Shown here piece by piece: positions 11,700-24,016 of a DNA stretch of 64,000 nucleotides. Below the pieces are notes generated by a model. It saw only the letters and a program-made list of their open reading frames with translations. It did no database searches and was not told where the DNA came from. The stretch's first letter is position 1, and every line of letters starts with the position of its first letter. The translations under genes and the position numbers were made by a program. The stretch is from Octopus bimaculoides. Its lineage: Eukaryota. Location: contig NC_068995.1 in NCBI RefSeq assembly GCF_001194135.2, positions 35,625,663 to 35,689,662 on the forward strand, written 5' to 3'.

Positions 11700-12688
11700 N
11701 NNNNNNNNNNNNNNNNNNNNNNNNNNNNNNNNNNNNNNNNNNNNNNNNNNNNNNNNNNNNNNNNNNNNNNNNNNNNNNNNNNNNNNNNNNNNNNNNNNNN
11801 NNNNNNNNNNNNNNNNNNNNNNNNNNNNNNNNNNNNNNNNNNNNNNNNNNNNNNNNNNNNNNNNNNNNNNNNNNNNNNNNNNNNNNNNNNNNNNNNNNNN
11901 NNNNNNNNNNNNNNNNNNNNNNNNNNNNNNNNNNNNNNNNNNNNNNNNNNNNNNNNNNNNNNNNNNNNNNNNNNNNNNNNNNNNNNNNNNNNNNNNNNNN
12001 NNNNNNNNNNNNNNNNNNNNNNNNNNNNNNNNNNNNNNNNNNNNNNNNNNNNNNNNNNNNNNNNNNNNNNNNNNNNNNNNNNNNNNNNNNNNNNNNNNNN
12101 NNNNNNNNNNNNNNNNNNNNNNNNNNNNNNNNNNNNNNNNNNNNNNNNNNNNNNNNNNNNNNNNNNNNNNNNNNNNNNNNNNNNNNNNNNNNNNNNNNNN
12201 NNNNNNNNNNNNNNNNNNNNNNNNNNNNNNNNNNNNNNNNNNNNNNNNNNNNNNNNNNNNNNNNNNNNNNNNNNNNNNNNNNNNNNNNNNNNNNNNNNNN
12301 NNNNNNNNNNNNNNNNNNNNNNNNNNNNNNNNNNNNNNNNNNNNNNNNNNNNNNNNNNNNNNNNNNNNNNNNNNNNNNNNNNNNNNNNNNNNNNNNNNNN
12401 NNNNNNNNNNNNNNNNNNNNNNNNNNNNNNNNNNNNNNNNNNNNNNNNNNNNNNNNNNNNNNNNNNNNNNNNNNNNNNNNNNNNNNNNNNNNNNNNNNNN
12501 NNNNNNNNNNNNNNNNNNNNNNNNNNNNNNNNNNNNNNNNNNNNNNNNNNNNNNNNNNNNNNNNNNNNNNNNNNNNNNNNNNNNNNNNNNNNNNNNNNNN
12601 NNNNNNNNNNNNNNNNNNNNNNNNNNNNNNNNNNNNNNNNNNNNNNNNNNNNNNNNNNNNNNNNNNNNNNNNNNNNNNNNNNNNNNNN

Positions 12689-12780
<92 letters not shown>
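12689..12780 (+). repeat. (TAA)n microsatellite at the 5-prime junction of the LINE
   Basis: Seen directly. Confidence 0.95.
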
Positions 12781-12783
<3 letters not shown>

Positions 12784-14869
12784 CCGATAACTTGTTTCCC
12801 TACAATTTACAAAGCCTTTATTGCAATAATATCGCTGAGGTTGAGCAAATATCTGGAAGAAAACAACTTATTCCCAGAAGAGCTGAAGGGATGCTGCAAG
12901 GGCTCATACCGCTGTAAAGATCAGCTACTGATCAATAAAGCCATAACTGAAGACAGCCGCAGAAAGAAGAAGGGCCAAAGTATAGCCTGGATAGATTACT
13001 GAAAGGCTTTTGATAGTATTACCCACACATGAATCCTCGAAACACTAGCCATGAACAAGCTGGCACCAATAATTATAAAATATATAAAACGTTCCATGAA
13101 TAAATGGCAGTGTTACAGCTCTAGGCAAAAGAGGGACTCATAAAAACTAAAGCCATCTCTATTAGAAGAGGAATATTCCAGGGAGAATATTCACCACTAC
13201 CTTATTGCTTGGCACTGACACCTTTATCTGACAGGCTTATTAGAAATGGATGTAGATACAACTGTTTGGGCAAAACAATCAACTACCTCTTATATATGGA
13301 TGATCTAAAACTGTACACTCCAAATGATAAACAACTGGAAACATTACTACAGACAGTACATGGATTTACCAAAGAAATAAACATGAAATTTGGCTTAGAA
13401 AAAATGTACCAAAGCAACCTTGAAACGAGGAATACTAGTTAAGAGTAGCAGCACCACACTAAATAAAGCAAATGAAAGCCAACGATACAACACACGCAAA
13501 TGAAAGAAAATAAAAAAAGAATACTATAGATGAGTCAGATTAATACTGAAAACAGAGCTCAATGCGAAAACTAAGATAATAAGTGTCATCACCCTAGCCG
13601 TCTCAGTTATAAGTTACAGCTACAATATTCTTAACTGGACTCTAAATGAACTAATCAAAATAGATAGGAAAACAAAAAAGATAATGACAGGATTTATGAT
13701 GCACCACCTAAAATCTGACATAGAAAGGCTAAGTATAAAACGTATCGAATGTGGTAGAGGGCTTATACAGCTAGAACACTATTACAAAATAACTTCCATA
13801 GGACTACAAGAAACACCTGCTTCAGAAGCAAGGAAAACTAATACAAACAGCCACAAAACACGAGCAAAACAAAAAACTGTTTTTAGTCTTTAAGGAAGCT
13901 GACAAATACAAAACAGAAATCATAGTACCTAACAACTATGAAGAAAAAGAAGAAACAGCAAAAGCTGTAAAACAACTGAAATCCAAACTAAAACTGGAGC
14001 AGCAACGGATCATGATAAAATGATGGCAAAAAAGCCCCTTCATGGCAAATACTGGGTTAAACTAAACAGAAAAGAAATAGACAAAGTAAAATTCCAACAA
14101 TGGCTGAGAAGCTCAGGACTCAAAGCAAAGACTGAAGGATCTTTAATTGCAGCACAAGATCAAAGCTTTCCCAACAGAAATTAACAAGAACATGTAATGA
14201 AAAGAAATATAAGTAACTGCAGAAGATGTAGAGATGGACAAGAAACAATAAATCATATTGTTTCTGGCTGCCCAATCCTGACTAAGAAGGAATATATTCA
14301 CAGATACGACAGAGTTGGGGCGTATATACACTGGAAGCTATTCCAACACTATGGAATAACAACAGAGAAAGATGGTATAGACACACGCCAGAAAAGGTCA
14401 CAGAAAATTAGAAAGCAACCATACTGTGGAATATGCCAATACACACAGAGAGAGAAATTACGGCCAATAGACCAGATATAGTTGTCAAAGATCACGAAGA
14501 AAAAAAATACTTTCTAATTGATGTATTAATACCAACAGATGACAATTTTACTTTAAAAGAAATGGTGAAACTTTCAAAATACAAAGATCTGGAAATAGAG
14601 GTAACCGGAATGTGGAGTCTAAAAACAGAAACAAATCTTGTCATAGTAGGCGCATTAGGTGTGATAAAGAAAATATTCAGACAAATACATAACCAAAACA
14701 CCAGGACTAACAAGTATATATAACATACAAAAAATAGCACTACTAGACACCGCACACATCCTACGTAAAACACTTTCAATACAGTAAAATTAAGAGCATC
14801 ACAACAAACCACAGCACATACCCAAGGCGCACAGTGCTGTGCTCGGTAGGACAGTGAAAGCACGGGATA
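12781..14869 (+). mobile_element. 5-prime-truncated, degenerate R4/Dong-clade LINE (RT + CCHC finger + restriction-like endonuclease + 3-prime UTR)
   Basis: KPITCFPTIYK, CKDQLLINK, AWIDY*KAFDS, GIFQG, YMDD at 13293-13304, CRRC..ETINHIVSGC zinc knuckle, and RPDIVV..FLIDV..KLSKYKDL endonuclease. Multiple stops and frameshifts. Confidence 0.93.
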
Positions 14870-14947
14870 AAGAAGAAGAAGAAGAAGAAGAAGAAGAAGA
14901 AGAAGAAGAAGAAGAAGAAGAAGAAGAAGAAGAAGAAGAAGAAGAAG
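14870..14947 (+). repeat. (GAA)n microsatellite at the LINE 3-prime end
   Basis: Seen directly. Confidence 0.95.
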
Positions 14948-15722
14948 CGCTTTTATGTAAACCCTTAGTGGTTAATAAAGAAATCATTATTATGAATATT
15001 TTTGTTATTATTATTATATTTTAGTTTGAGTACGGGGTATTTAGTTACTAGCCGGATCTCTACNNNNNNNNNNNNNNNNNNNNNNNNNNNNNNNNNNNNN
15101 NNNNNNNNNNNNNNNNNNNNNNNNNNNNNNNNNNNNNNNNNNNNNNNNNNNNNNNNNNNNNNNNNNNNNNNNNNNNNNNNNNNNNNNNNNNNNNNNNNNN
15201 NNNNNNNNNNNNNNNNNNNNNNNNNNNNNNNNNNNNNNNNNNNNNNNNNNNNNNNNNNNNNNNNNNNNNNNNNNNNNNNNNNNNNNNNNNNNNNNNNNNN
15301 NNNNNNNNNNNNNNNNNNNNNNNNNNNNNNNNNNNNNNNNNNNNNNNNNNNNNNNNNNNNNNNNNNNNNNNNNNNNNNNNNNNNNNNNNNNNNNNNNNNN
15401 NNNNNNNNNNNNNNNNNNNNNNNNNNNNNNNNNNNNNNNNNNNNNNNNNNNNNNNNNNNNNNNNNNNNNNNNNNNNNNNNNNNNNNNNNNNNNNNNNNNN
15501 NNNNNNNNNNNNNNNNNNNNNNNNNNNNNNNNNNNNNNNNNNNNNNNNNNNNNNNNNNNNNNNNNNNNNNNNNNNNNNNNNNNNNNNNNNNNNNNNNNNN
15601 NNNNNNNNNNNNNNNNNNNNNNNNNNNNNNNNNNNNNNNNNNNNNNNNNNNNNNNNNNNNNNNNNNNNNNNNNTGTATGTATGTATGTATGTATGTATGT
15701 ATGTATGTATGTATGTATGTAT

Positions 15723-16106
15723 GTGGAGGCGCAATGGCCCAGTGGTTAGAGCAGCGGACTCGCGGTCATAGGATCGCGGTTTCGATTCCCAGACCGGACG
15801 TTGTGAATGTTTATTGAGCTTAAACACCTAAAGCTCCACGAGACTCCGGCAGGGGATGGTGGCGAACCCTGCTGTACTCTTTCACCACAACTTTCTTTCA
15901 CTCTTACTTCCTGTTTCTGTTGTGCCTGTAATTCAAAGGGTCAGCCTGGTCACACTGTGTCACGCTGAATATCCCCGAGAACTACGTTAAGGGTACACGT
16001 GTCTGTGGAGTGCTCAGCCACTTGCGCGTTAATTTCACGAGCAGGCTGTTCCGTTGATCGGATCAACTGGAACCCTCGACGTCGTAAGCGACGGAGTGCC
16101 AACAAC
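15723..16106 (+). mobile_element. SINE family C, full length (~385 bp), inserted in (TATG)n
   Basis: tRNA-like head with A box tggcccagtggttag and B box gtttcgattcc; (AAC)n tail; flanked by atgtatgtat on both sides. Confidence 0.92.
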
Positions 16107-16811
16107 ATGTATGTATGCGTACGTAGATTTGTTGTTCTCAAAGTGTTTACAAATCTATATTGCTTAATATCTATAATGGAATTTCAATTCTTGGATTCTT
16201 GAGATTATTTTTCGTCTATGAATCGAATTAACGAGTGATATTTCACTATCAGATAATTGCTATATCAGTTAATTGCTATTTAATTCATTTTCATAAAATG
16301 TTTTTTTCTTATTTTTTATTTCAAATTCTTAGGGAAAATGTTGTTCACAACATGCCTAATATCATTTTGCACAATATAAAATATAAACGAAGGTAGGTAA
16401 CTCAGGAGATTTTCAATCTGTTTAGGGGAGATAAATGCTGGTGTCTTTAATTTGATATGTAATGTGTGGATGATTTGAGTAATTAATATAAGCATATTTA
16501 GTTTTATTTATACTAACATTGGATTTTTATTATTTTATAGTGTTACTCGATAAAGTAATAACCATATATTACAGCTTATTACGATATATCGCTAATAAAT
16601 TGTCAAATGTATCTACAGAAATAACAATTCTCCCTCAAATCATAACATACATCATTTAGGAAAGAACACGTTATATAATATATAGTAAATACTCGTTAAA
16701 TGTATGCTGGTCATGGCTGGCTGCTTTTGTTCATAGTTCTGTTTAACCAAGTTAATCAACAACTAAATAGTTATACATAAAAAAGGATAAAGTATTTTTC
16801 TTGAACCCTAT

Positions 16812-17029
16812 GGATTCATAAAAGCCGGTTTTCAGGTTTCGTGGTGTATAAATATTTGCCCACTGGACGGGATGCCGGTCTGTAGCAGGATTACTCATTT
16901 TTGCCGGCTGAGTGGACTGGAGCAACATGAAATGAAGTGTTTTGCTCAAGAACACAACACCTCGCCCGGTTCAGGAATTGAAACCACAATCTTTCGATCG
17001 TGAGTCCAACGCCCTAACCACTGGGCCAC
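16812..17029 (-). mobile_element. tRNA-headed SINE with conserved middle block and distinct tail (family M)
   Basis: Reverse complement reads gtggcccagtggttagggcg..gtgttgtgttcttgagcaaaacacttcatttcatgttgctccagtccactcagc..cctgctacagaccggcatcccgtccag. Confidence 0.8.
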
Positions 17030-17079
17030 ACACCACAAATAGTCATGCATAGTCCTCAATTGTTTGCAATAAGTTTCCA

Positions 17080-17205
17080 TTAAGAAGCTCGCTTTGCAAA
17101 TATGTGGTTTCGGTTGTATAGCACCTTGAGCAAGTGTCTTCGTCTATAATCTCGGGTTGACCAAAGCCTTCGGAGTAAATCTAGAAGTTGTACGCAGGCC
17201 TGTCG

Positions 17206-17272
<67 letters not shown>

Positions 17273-17572
17273 ACAGACAGACAAACAGACAGACAGACAA
17301 ACAAACAGACAGACAGACGGACGGACGGACGGACGGATGGATGGATGGATAGATGGATGGATGGATATGTGCGCATGTCTTTGTGCTTGTGCTTGTACCC
17401 TTCCACGGCTTCACAACTGATGTTGATTTCTTTACATCCCTGTGAATTAACGGTTCGGCAATAGAGACCGATAGACTTTAATAAAATAAGTTATGGGGTT
17501 ATTTCTTCGACTAAACTCCTCGAAGCGTTGCCTCAGCGTGGCAGCAGTAAGTTGATGGGGAAAAAAGTAAAT
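17080..17572 (+). mobile_element. SINE family B with internal compound tetranucleotide tract
   Basis: B head (caccttgagcaagtgtcttc..ccaaagcctt) and B tail (cggttcggcaa..gaccgatag..ttcgactaaa) flank 17206-17366 (GATA/GACA/GGAC/GGAT)n. Confidence 0.8.
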
Positions 17573-17789
17573 ATTTAAAAAGGTGTGTGTCTCTATGTCT
17601 ACATTTATGTGTGTTTGAGAGAAATGTTCGTTTTATATTTCTTAATTTCACTCATTCATTACTGGCGATTTAGGTTTGCAAAACGTTTGCTACTCTATAG
17701 CGGCATATAACACACCAATGAATAATATATTGCAGTCAAGCAGTACAATGATTTTTAATAAATCTTTCTAATTTTCGCATGACAGTAAA

Positions 17790-17960
17790 CGGAGAGGCAA
17801 GTCGATTACATCGAATGCAGCACTTGACTGATAATATATTTTATCGACCTCGAAAGGATGAGACTTAAAGCTGACCTTAACGGCATTCGAACGTAAAGAG
17901 CTAGGAGAAATGCCGGTAAGCATTTTGTCCGAGGTGCTAACGACTTGTCAGCTCGCCGCA
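17790..17960 (-). mobile_element. SINE family A (diverged)
   Basis: aagtcgattacatcg..ttttatcgacctcgaaaggatga..gtaagcattttgtccg..gctaacga. Confidence 0.75.
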
Positions 17961-18013
17961 TTCACAATGGTATGTGAGAATCATGAGAATATAATGTTAA
18001 TATTTACATCTAC

Positions 18014-18213
18014 TAAGGTGGTGGGCACGCCGGACAAAATTCTTAGCAGCATTTCGTCCGTCTTTACGTTCTGAGTTCAAATTCAGCCGAGGTCGACTTT
18101 GCCTTTCTTCCTTTCGAGGTCGATAAAATAAGTTCCAGTTGAGCATTGGGGTCGATGTAATCTACTTACCCCTTCCTTCGAAATTGCTGGCCTCGTGCCA
18201 AAATTTGAAACTG
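18014..18213 (+). mobile_element. SINE family A with 14-bp TSD
   Basis: TSD atatttacatctac at 18000-18013 and 18214-18227. Confidence 0.9.
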
Positions 18214-18559
18214 ATATTTACATCTACCGGGTGGGTGGGGAATACTGATGATTTTTCGAAAATGATTTCTTCCTGGAAAGAATACATTATCACTGAGAGA
18301 TAAGTAACTTGCCTATGTATGGATTGAGTGACAACGAACTATTAACCTTTTGACAAGTTGCTGACACACTTTCCACTGATTTTTAATATAAGACTATAAA
18401 CTTCATCCCAAAGAAGGTATATGTCATTGAAAGAAGATAATGGAACCTTAAACTCTGAGGCCATTCACCTCAGATTACCACATTCAGCTCACATTCAATA
18501 AGAATGTAAATAGAAGAATTATAATGGAAAAGTTAGATTTGTCAACTACATTAAATCAA

Positions 18560-20100
18560 TCACTACAAACTACATTTCATAACATTTGCCCGAAGACATG
18601 GCCATTCTTCAAAGTTAAAGTGTTATTTGGCCATTGTTTCGGAAAAGGAAATTTCTAATCACAACCGTTTTGTCTACTACGGTCATTTCAAGTTTGTTAC
18701 ACACGTTCACCAAACTCACCAGTCAGAGAAAGAATATCCGAAACATTTGGTCAAAGTGTGTCTTTGGGACTTCCCTAACGACGATCTTTGCTGCCACCAA
18801 AAACCATTCCATTTAAGATACCAGCGTTTTGAAGTAAACCCCTGCCATTTTACGAGTGCATGAATGACATGTTCATAGTTCTTCATGCATCTAAGAAGAA
18901 CTGACTGTTTTTCTATGAACGTAAACCTTTCATAAACCTTTCATAAACGTTCTCACATAATACTGTAATGTCATAACTCCCAACTGAAATTATCCATTAC
19001 CCTCGACTTAACTATTAAATTTTATCTGAAATATCTTCCAAAAGAGTGAAAGTGTGGAGACAAGTGGTTAGGGTGTTGCACTCCCGATCGCAAGATTGTG
19101 GTGTCGGATTTTTGGACTGAGCGGAATGTTATGTTCTTGAGCATTACACTTCATTCCACTTTGCTCCAGCAGTAAATGAGTAATCCTACGACGGATTTGC
19201 GTCCTAATCTGGGCGGAACGTCATCGCCTCAATCACTTAAACGCCTTTGAAAGTGGATAACCGGCCCTATGAGTCCTCAAACTCGAGACAATTCCCACTT
19301 AAATATCTTCAGAAAACGCAACACAAATGTTGGCCAAATGGTACAACACTAGAGAGATATTAGATTGTTTTGATTTCTGCCTGGCGTCAGACATGTTTAC
19401 AAAGTATGTTTGATTACATCTCAATCTAATTTTAGCCTTGACATGTCCAGTGAAGGACTGCCATACTGCTAACCAGATAAGTGTCTCGGGAGATAACTTA
19501 CTCTGAAATTATCATTAGTGACCAACTACTACATCCTAGAAATTTTTACTATTTCATGCTCTTTCCAACAAAAGAAACGTGCCTTTCCACAAGAGATAGC
19601 TTGTAGCTCCAGTTAATCAGAGTTTCATCTCTTACACCTATTTTCTTCAAAGACAGCATCTCCTTCCATTCTACTGTCTAATTGGTTTTTTTCCCTCGTC
19701 ATTCTTTCATGTTCGTGTTCATTATCCATCAACAAATCTGGACATGAGTCAGAGTAAATTAAGACACTAAGAGCAACAACAAACCTCGCCCAGCATCAAG
19801 TTTTCAAAAACAAACCTCTCATGTTTTCCCATCAACAGATTAGAATACATCACTGAAAGTACTAAGAAAGCTGTATATTTTGACCGTGTAAATAGATACC
19901 GCCTTCTTATGGGTTACATCAAGAAGGTTGAGGTGGGGTTGGTCTCTATTGCTTTCAGTTTCAAAGAAGCAATGAAACTATCTATTACTGTTGGACTGAG
20001 CTTGTAATATATGCTAACAGAGACCACTACACAACTAATTGATCCAATGCCCGAGAATATACTGGGGACTAACTAAATCTAAGACAGTTGCTACATTACC
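18560..20100 (+). pseudogene. Possible highly decayed Penelope-like retroelement (RT and GIY-YIG remnants), interrupted by a SINE
   Basis: Faint motifs across frameshifts: VSLG/TSLTTIFA (like GVAMGSPL.P..A), SKPLPFYECMNDMFIVL (like KPL.W.RYVDDIF) and LVIYA..EYTGD (like VIY..YIGET). Weak. Confidence 0.3.
19050..19295 (+). mobile_element. SINE family M (diverged)
   Basis: agtggttagggtgttgcactc..gttcttgagc..ttgctccagc..aaatgagtaatcct..ccggccctatgagtc; homologous to 16812-17029. Confidence 0.7.
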
Positions 20101-20223
20101 ATGACTGAGCCTTTCCAATGCTGTTAATTGTTTTAAAATTTGAAAGAAAATATTCTGAAATAATTAAGGATGCCTATTGTGAAGATACGGGTTTAACCAA
20201 TTGAATAAGGTGTTCTCAGTATA

Positions 20224-20445
20224 TACGAAAGAGTGCTGAGAAGTTCCTGGGTTTAAGGGTATCACGAAAGTCCTCGCTGGAGGCCCAACCTTCAGAGTTC
20301 TTTTACTCGGAAGGTTGACTGAAAGAAGGACCTCTGCAATAAGTCTGTGAATATGCGAGGGGAGTACGTTGGATAAAATCATACTTAACAGATCCCCCTG
20401 TGCTTCCTTTTACCCAAAGCCAGGAACTTTTCAGCACCCCTCGTA
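20224..20445. mobile_element. Mariner-derived MITE, ~220 bp, TA-flanked
   Basis: TIRs tacgaaagagtgctgagaagttcctggg and ccaggaacttttcagcacccctcgta. Confidence 0.85.
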
Positions 20446-21251
20446 CACTTGTAATATTGATTTCAATTTTTGGCACAAAGCCTGCATGTTCGCCACCTTA
20501 TATATATATNNNNNNNNNNNNNNNNNNNNNNNNNNNNNNNNNNNNNNNNNNNNNNNNNNNNNNNNNNNNNNNNNNNNNNNNNNNNNNNNNNNNNNNNNNN
20601 NNNNNNNNNNNNNNNNNNNNNNNNNNNNNNNNNNNNNNNNNNNNNNNNNNNNNNNNNNNNNNNNNNNNNNNNNNNNNNNNNNNNNNNNNNNNNNNNNNNN
20701 NNNNNNNNNNNNNNNNNNNNNNNNNNNNNNNNNNNNNNNNNNNNNNNNNNNNNNNNNNNNNNNNNNNNNNNNNNNNNNNNNNNNNNNNNNNNNNNNNNNN
20801 NNNNNNNNNNNNNNNNNNNNNNNNNNNNNNNNNNNNNNNNNNNNNNNNNNNNNNNNNNNNNNNNNNNNNNNNNNNNNNNNNNNNNNNNNNNNNNNNNNNN
20901 NNNNNNNNNNNNNNNNNNNNNNNNNNNNNNNNNNNNNNNNNNNNNNNNNNNNNNNNNNNNNNNNNNNNNNNNNNNNNNNNNNNNNNNNNNNNNNNNNNNN
21001 NNNNNNNNNNNNNNNNNNNNNNNNNNNNNNNNNNNNNNNNNNNNNNNNNNNNNNNNNNNNNNNNNNNNNNNNNNNNNNNNNNNNNNNNNNNNNNNNNNNN
21101 NNNNNNNNCAGTAATTCACACAGTTTTCACAGAGTAACACAGCAGTATTCACAATAATTCACAGAGACGAAATACCGCTAAGCATTTCGCCCGGCGTGCT
21201 AACGTTTCTGCCAGCTCACCACCTTACCTTACTTGTAATATTAATATAAAT

Positions 21252-21307
<56 letters not shown>

Positions 21308-21324
21308 TTATATTAATGTATATG

Positions 21325-21667
21325 TGACCGCGCATGACTCAGTGGTTAGAGCGTCAGGCTCATATTCATGATGTAGCGAGTTAGATTCCCGGGCCAAGCT
21401 ATGTGTTGTGTTGTTGAGCAAGATACTTATTTCAACTTGCTCCAGTTCACTCAGCTGTAGAGATGAGTTGTGACGTCACTGGTGCCAAGCTGTATCGGCC
21501 TTTGCCTTTGCCTTTCCCTTGAATAACATTTGAGGAGTGAAGAGGAGAGTCTGGTATGCATGAGCGACTGCTGGTTTTCCCCATAAACAACCTTGCCTGG
21601 ACATGTGCCTCGGAGGGGAACTTTCTAGGTGCAATCCCATGGTCATTCATGACCGAAGGAGGTCCTT
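21325..21667 (+). mobile_element. SINE family E
   Basis: tRNA-like head (tgactcagtggttagagcg..gagttagattccc), shared middle block (tgttgtg..tgagcaaga.actt..ttgctccagttcactcagctg), and a unique tail ending tcatgaccgaaggaggtcctta. Confidence 0.8.
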
Positions 21668-21677
21668 AAATAATATA

Positions 21678-22563
21678 TACAGGGTGGGTGGAAAGTAACT
21701 GGGCGTTAGATTCTGTTTGTAGAATTTTCAGTATCACTAAATTCATGACGAAAGCATTTTTAAACAGACAACACTAATGGAGATTTCTTATCTTCTTATT
21801 GCCTTATTTCTTATTTTCCCGATGGCCGGTCACTTGACTGTTCAGGAGTGAGCTAAGATAGCAGCACTCTATGAAGTGTGGAATTCCATTCTTTTGGTTC
21901 AGAAAAGGTAAACCTGCAACACTACGTCCAGCAACAATAAAAAGTTGTCATACAAAGTTGACGACCACGGGCATTGTGAACGATGCAAGAAGTGGCCATC
22001 CAACCACATTCCAGCAGAGGACGTGGCGACAGTGCAGGAAATGCTTAATTGCAGCCCGCAAAAATCAACAGGTCAAGCAAGCAGCTCATGAAAGTGGACA
22101 AAAAAGACACACAATATGTACGGTGTTGCATAAAGAATTGAATTTCCATCCGTGGAAACCCCATTACGTGCAAGAGCTAATACCTGAAAACTGTGACCGC
22201 AGAAGTCCAGAAGTCCAGATCTCCAATAAGTCCAGATCTCACGCAATGTGATTTTACTTGTGGGTTTACACAGAAGAGTAGGTGTACAAGACAATGTCTC
22301 ACGCACCAGAGGACTTGGAGACACGGATTCAAGGGGTTCTCAATGATATCCCAGACAATGTCCTTCAGAAGGTTGTTCATTCCATCCCTGGTCGCATGAC
22401 GAAACTGGTTGACGCCACTGGTGCTTACGTTGAAATATGAAGATTTACTTTCATTTTCCCCATGTAATAAAGAACATGTATCATTGGTTTCAATGAATTT
22501 GCAAAAGGATCACGGATTTTATTACCAATTTTTAATGCCGACTTACTTTTCACCAACCCTGTA
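21678..22563 (+). mobile_element. Internally deleted Tc1/mariner-superfamily element (maT/DD37D-like)
   Basis: TIRs tacagggtgggtggaaagtaa and ttacttttcaccaaccctgta; remnants TGIVNDARSGHP, LNFHPWKPHYVQEL, SPDLTQCDF and LVDATGAYVE. Confidence 0.85.
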
Positions 22564-22567
22564 TATA

Positions 22568-22778
22568 TTGGTTTCAAATTGCAGCACAACGTCAGCAAGT
22601 TTGTGGGAGGGTCGATTCGATTTCATCGACCTCTGTACTTGACTGGCACTTATTTTATCCACCCTGATGTGATAAAAGGCAATGTTGACCTCGGCAGAAT
22701 TTGAACTCAGAATATGAAGATGGATGAAATGCCGCTAAGCATTACGACGTGATAATGGTTCTGCCTGCTGGCCGCCTT
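22568..22778 (-). mobile_element. SINE family A
   Basis: ttggtttcaaatt..gacctcggcagaatttgaactcagaa..gccgctaagc..gccgcctt. Confidence 0.8.
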
Positions 22779-22808
22779 AAATTTTACTTGATAGTGATAT
22801 ACTTGAAG

Positions 22809-23016
22809 AGCGGCGGACTGGAAGAACTGTAAGAGCATCGGAAGAAAACGCCTTGCGGTACTTGCCGTTCCTCTTTATGTTCTGAGTTCAAACCCCACCG
22901 AAGTCAACTTTGCCGTTCATACTTCCGAGATCGATAAAATAAAGTACTAGTCACTTGATGTAAACGCCAAAACTCCACCCTGAAAAACATCGTTGGCGTA
23001 TTCCTAAATTAGAAAC
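22809..23016 (+). mobile_element. SINE family A (head-to-head with the preceding copy)
   Basis: gttctgagttcaaac..gaagtcaactttgcc..gatcgataaaataaagtac. Confidence 0.75.
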
Positions 23017-23107
23017 AATTCATTTGAAGAAACATCATAATTGATATTATTGCTTTGTTTTGTTTTTCTAATTAATTAACGATTTCTTTATGCATGTGTA
23101 TTTGCGT

Positions 23108-23164
<57 letters not shown>

Positions 23165-24016
23165 TGTGTGTGTTCTAATGTATAATCCCATTTTTCATAT
23201 CTAACTGCTACGAAATCAACTCTGGAGTACCGCCTGATTGTATTTGCCCCATATTATCATGTTATGCAATGGTGACGTGTGGGAGAAGGTTACGCAAGTC
23301 CGGGAGGGATGAGGAGAGCGAGTTTCGCGATGGCGTATATTAAATACACTCATAATTAGTGCAGAATTATTTAAAAGAATTTGATTAGCTACAGTTGTTC
23401 TAGCGCTCTACACAATGATAACAATGTTTAGGAAGAAAACTACAAACCATTAGAAATTTTGCAAAATATAATCGAACCGTGGAATCGATAAAGTGATCCA
23501 TTAAATACATCATTAAGTGGAACTTCTTATAAAAGAAAGGAACGAATTACAAATCATTAAAATATATTTCCATATAACAAGCTGAACGCAACACATCCAT
23601 AAATGACCTGTACAACGAATCCAAGATACCAGGTTATAATACCCCTTAGACATTGAATGGAAGAAATTAATTACGTCAATTGGCTTTAAATAATGATATA
23701 TAGAATTTGTAATTAAATGTTAAACTACCAGAAAATAAATAAATGCGTTAACAACAAACCAGAATATTAAAGTAAACTTTCTAAATTTATTTTCTTTATC
23801 ATTGAATCAATACAATCTCCAAACACATCATAACAGTGGCATGATCAATTTAATCCTAAGCTGTGTTACCAATCAGGCAAGAAATGTACACTGACACACA
23901 GTTACTGAATCTGATTTCGTTATATAGTAAGTAAGGCGAACCATGTCTTGACTACACAGAATATTCTATAATATTCTTCTTTTCATGGAGATTTATGTAA
24001 GCTTTATTGAATTCTA

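Noticed and set aside
15723-15800. tRNA genes at SINE heads (families A-E)
   Set aside because: They have A and B boxes but run directly into SINE bodies without a complete cloverleaf or terminator; treated as SINE heads.
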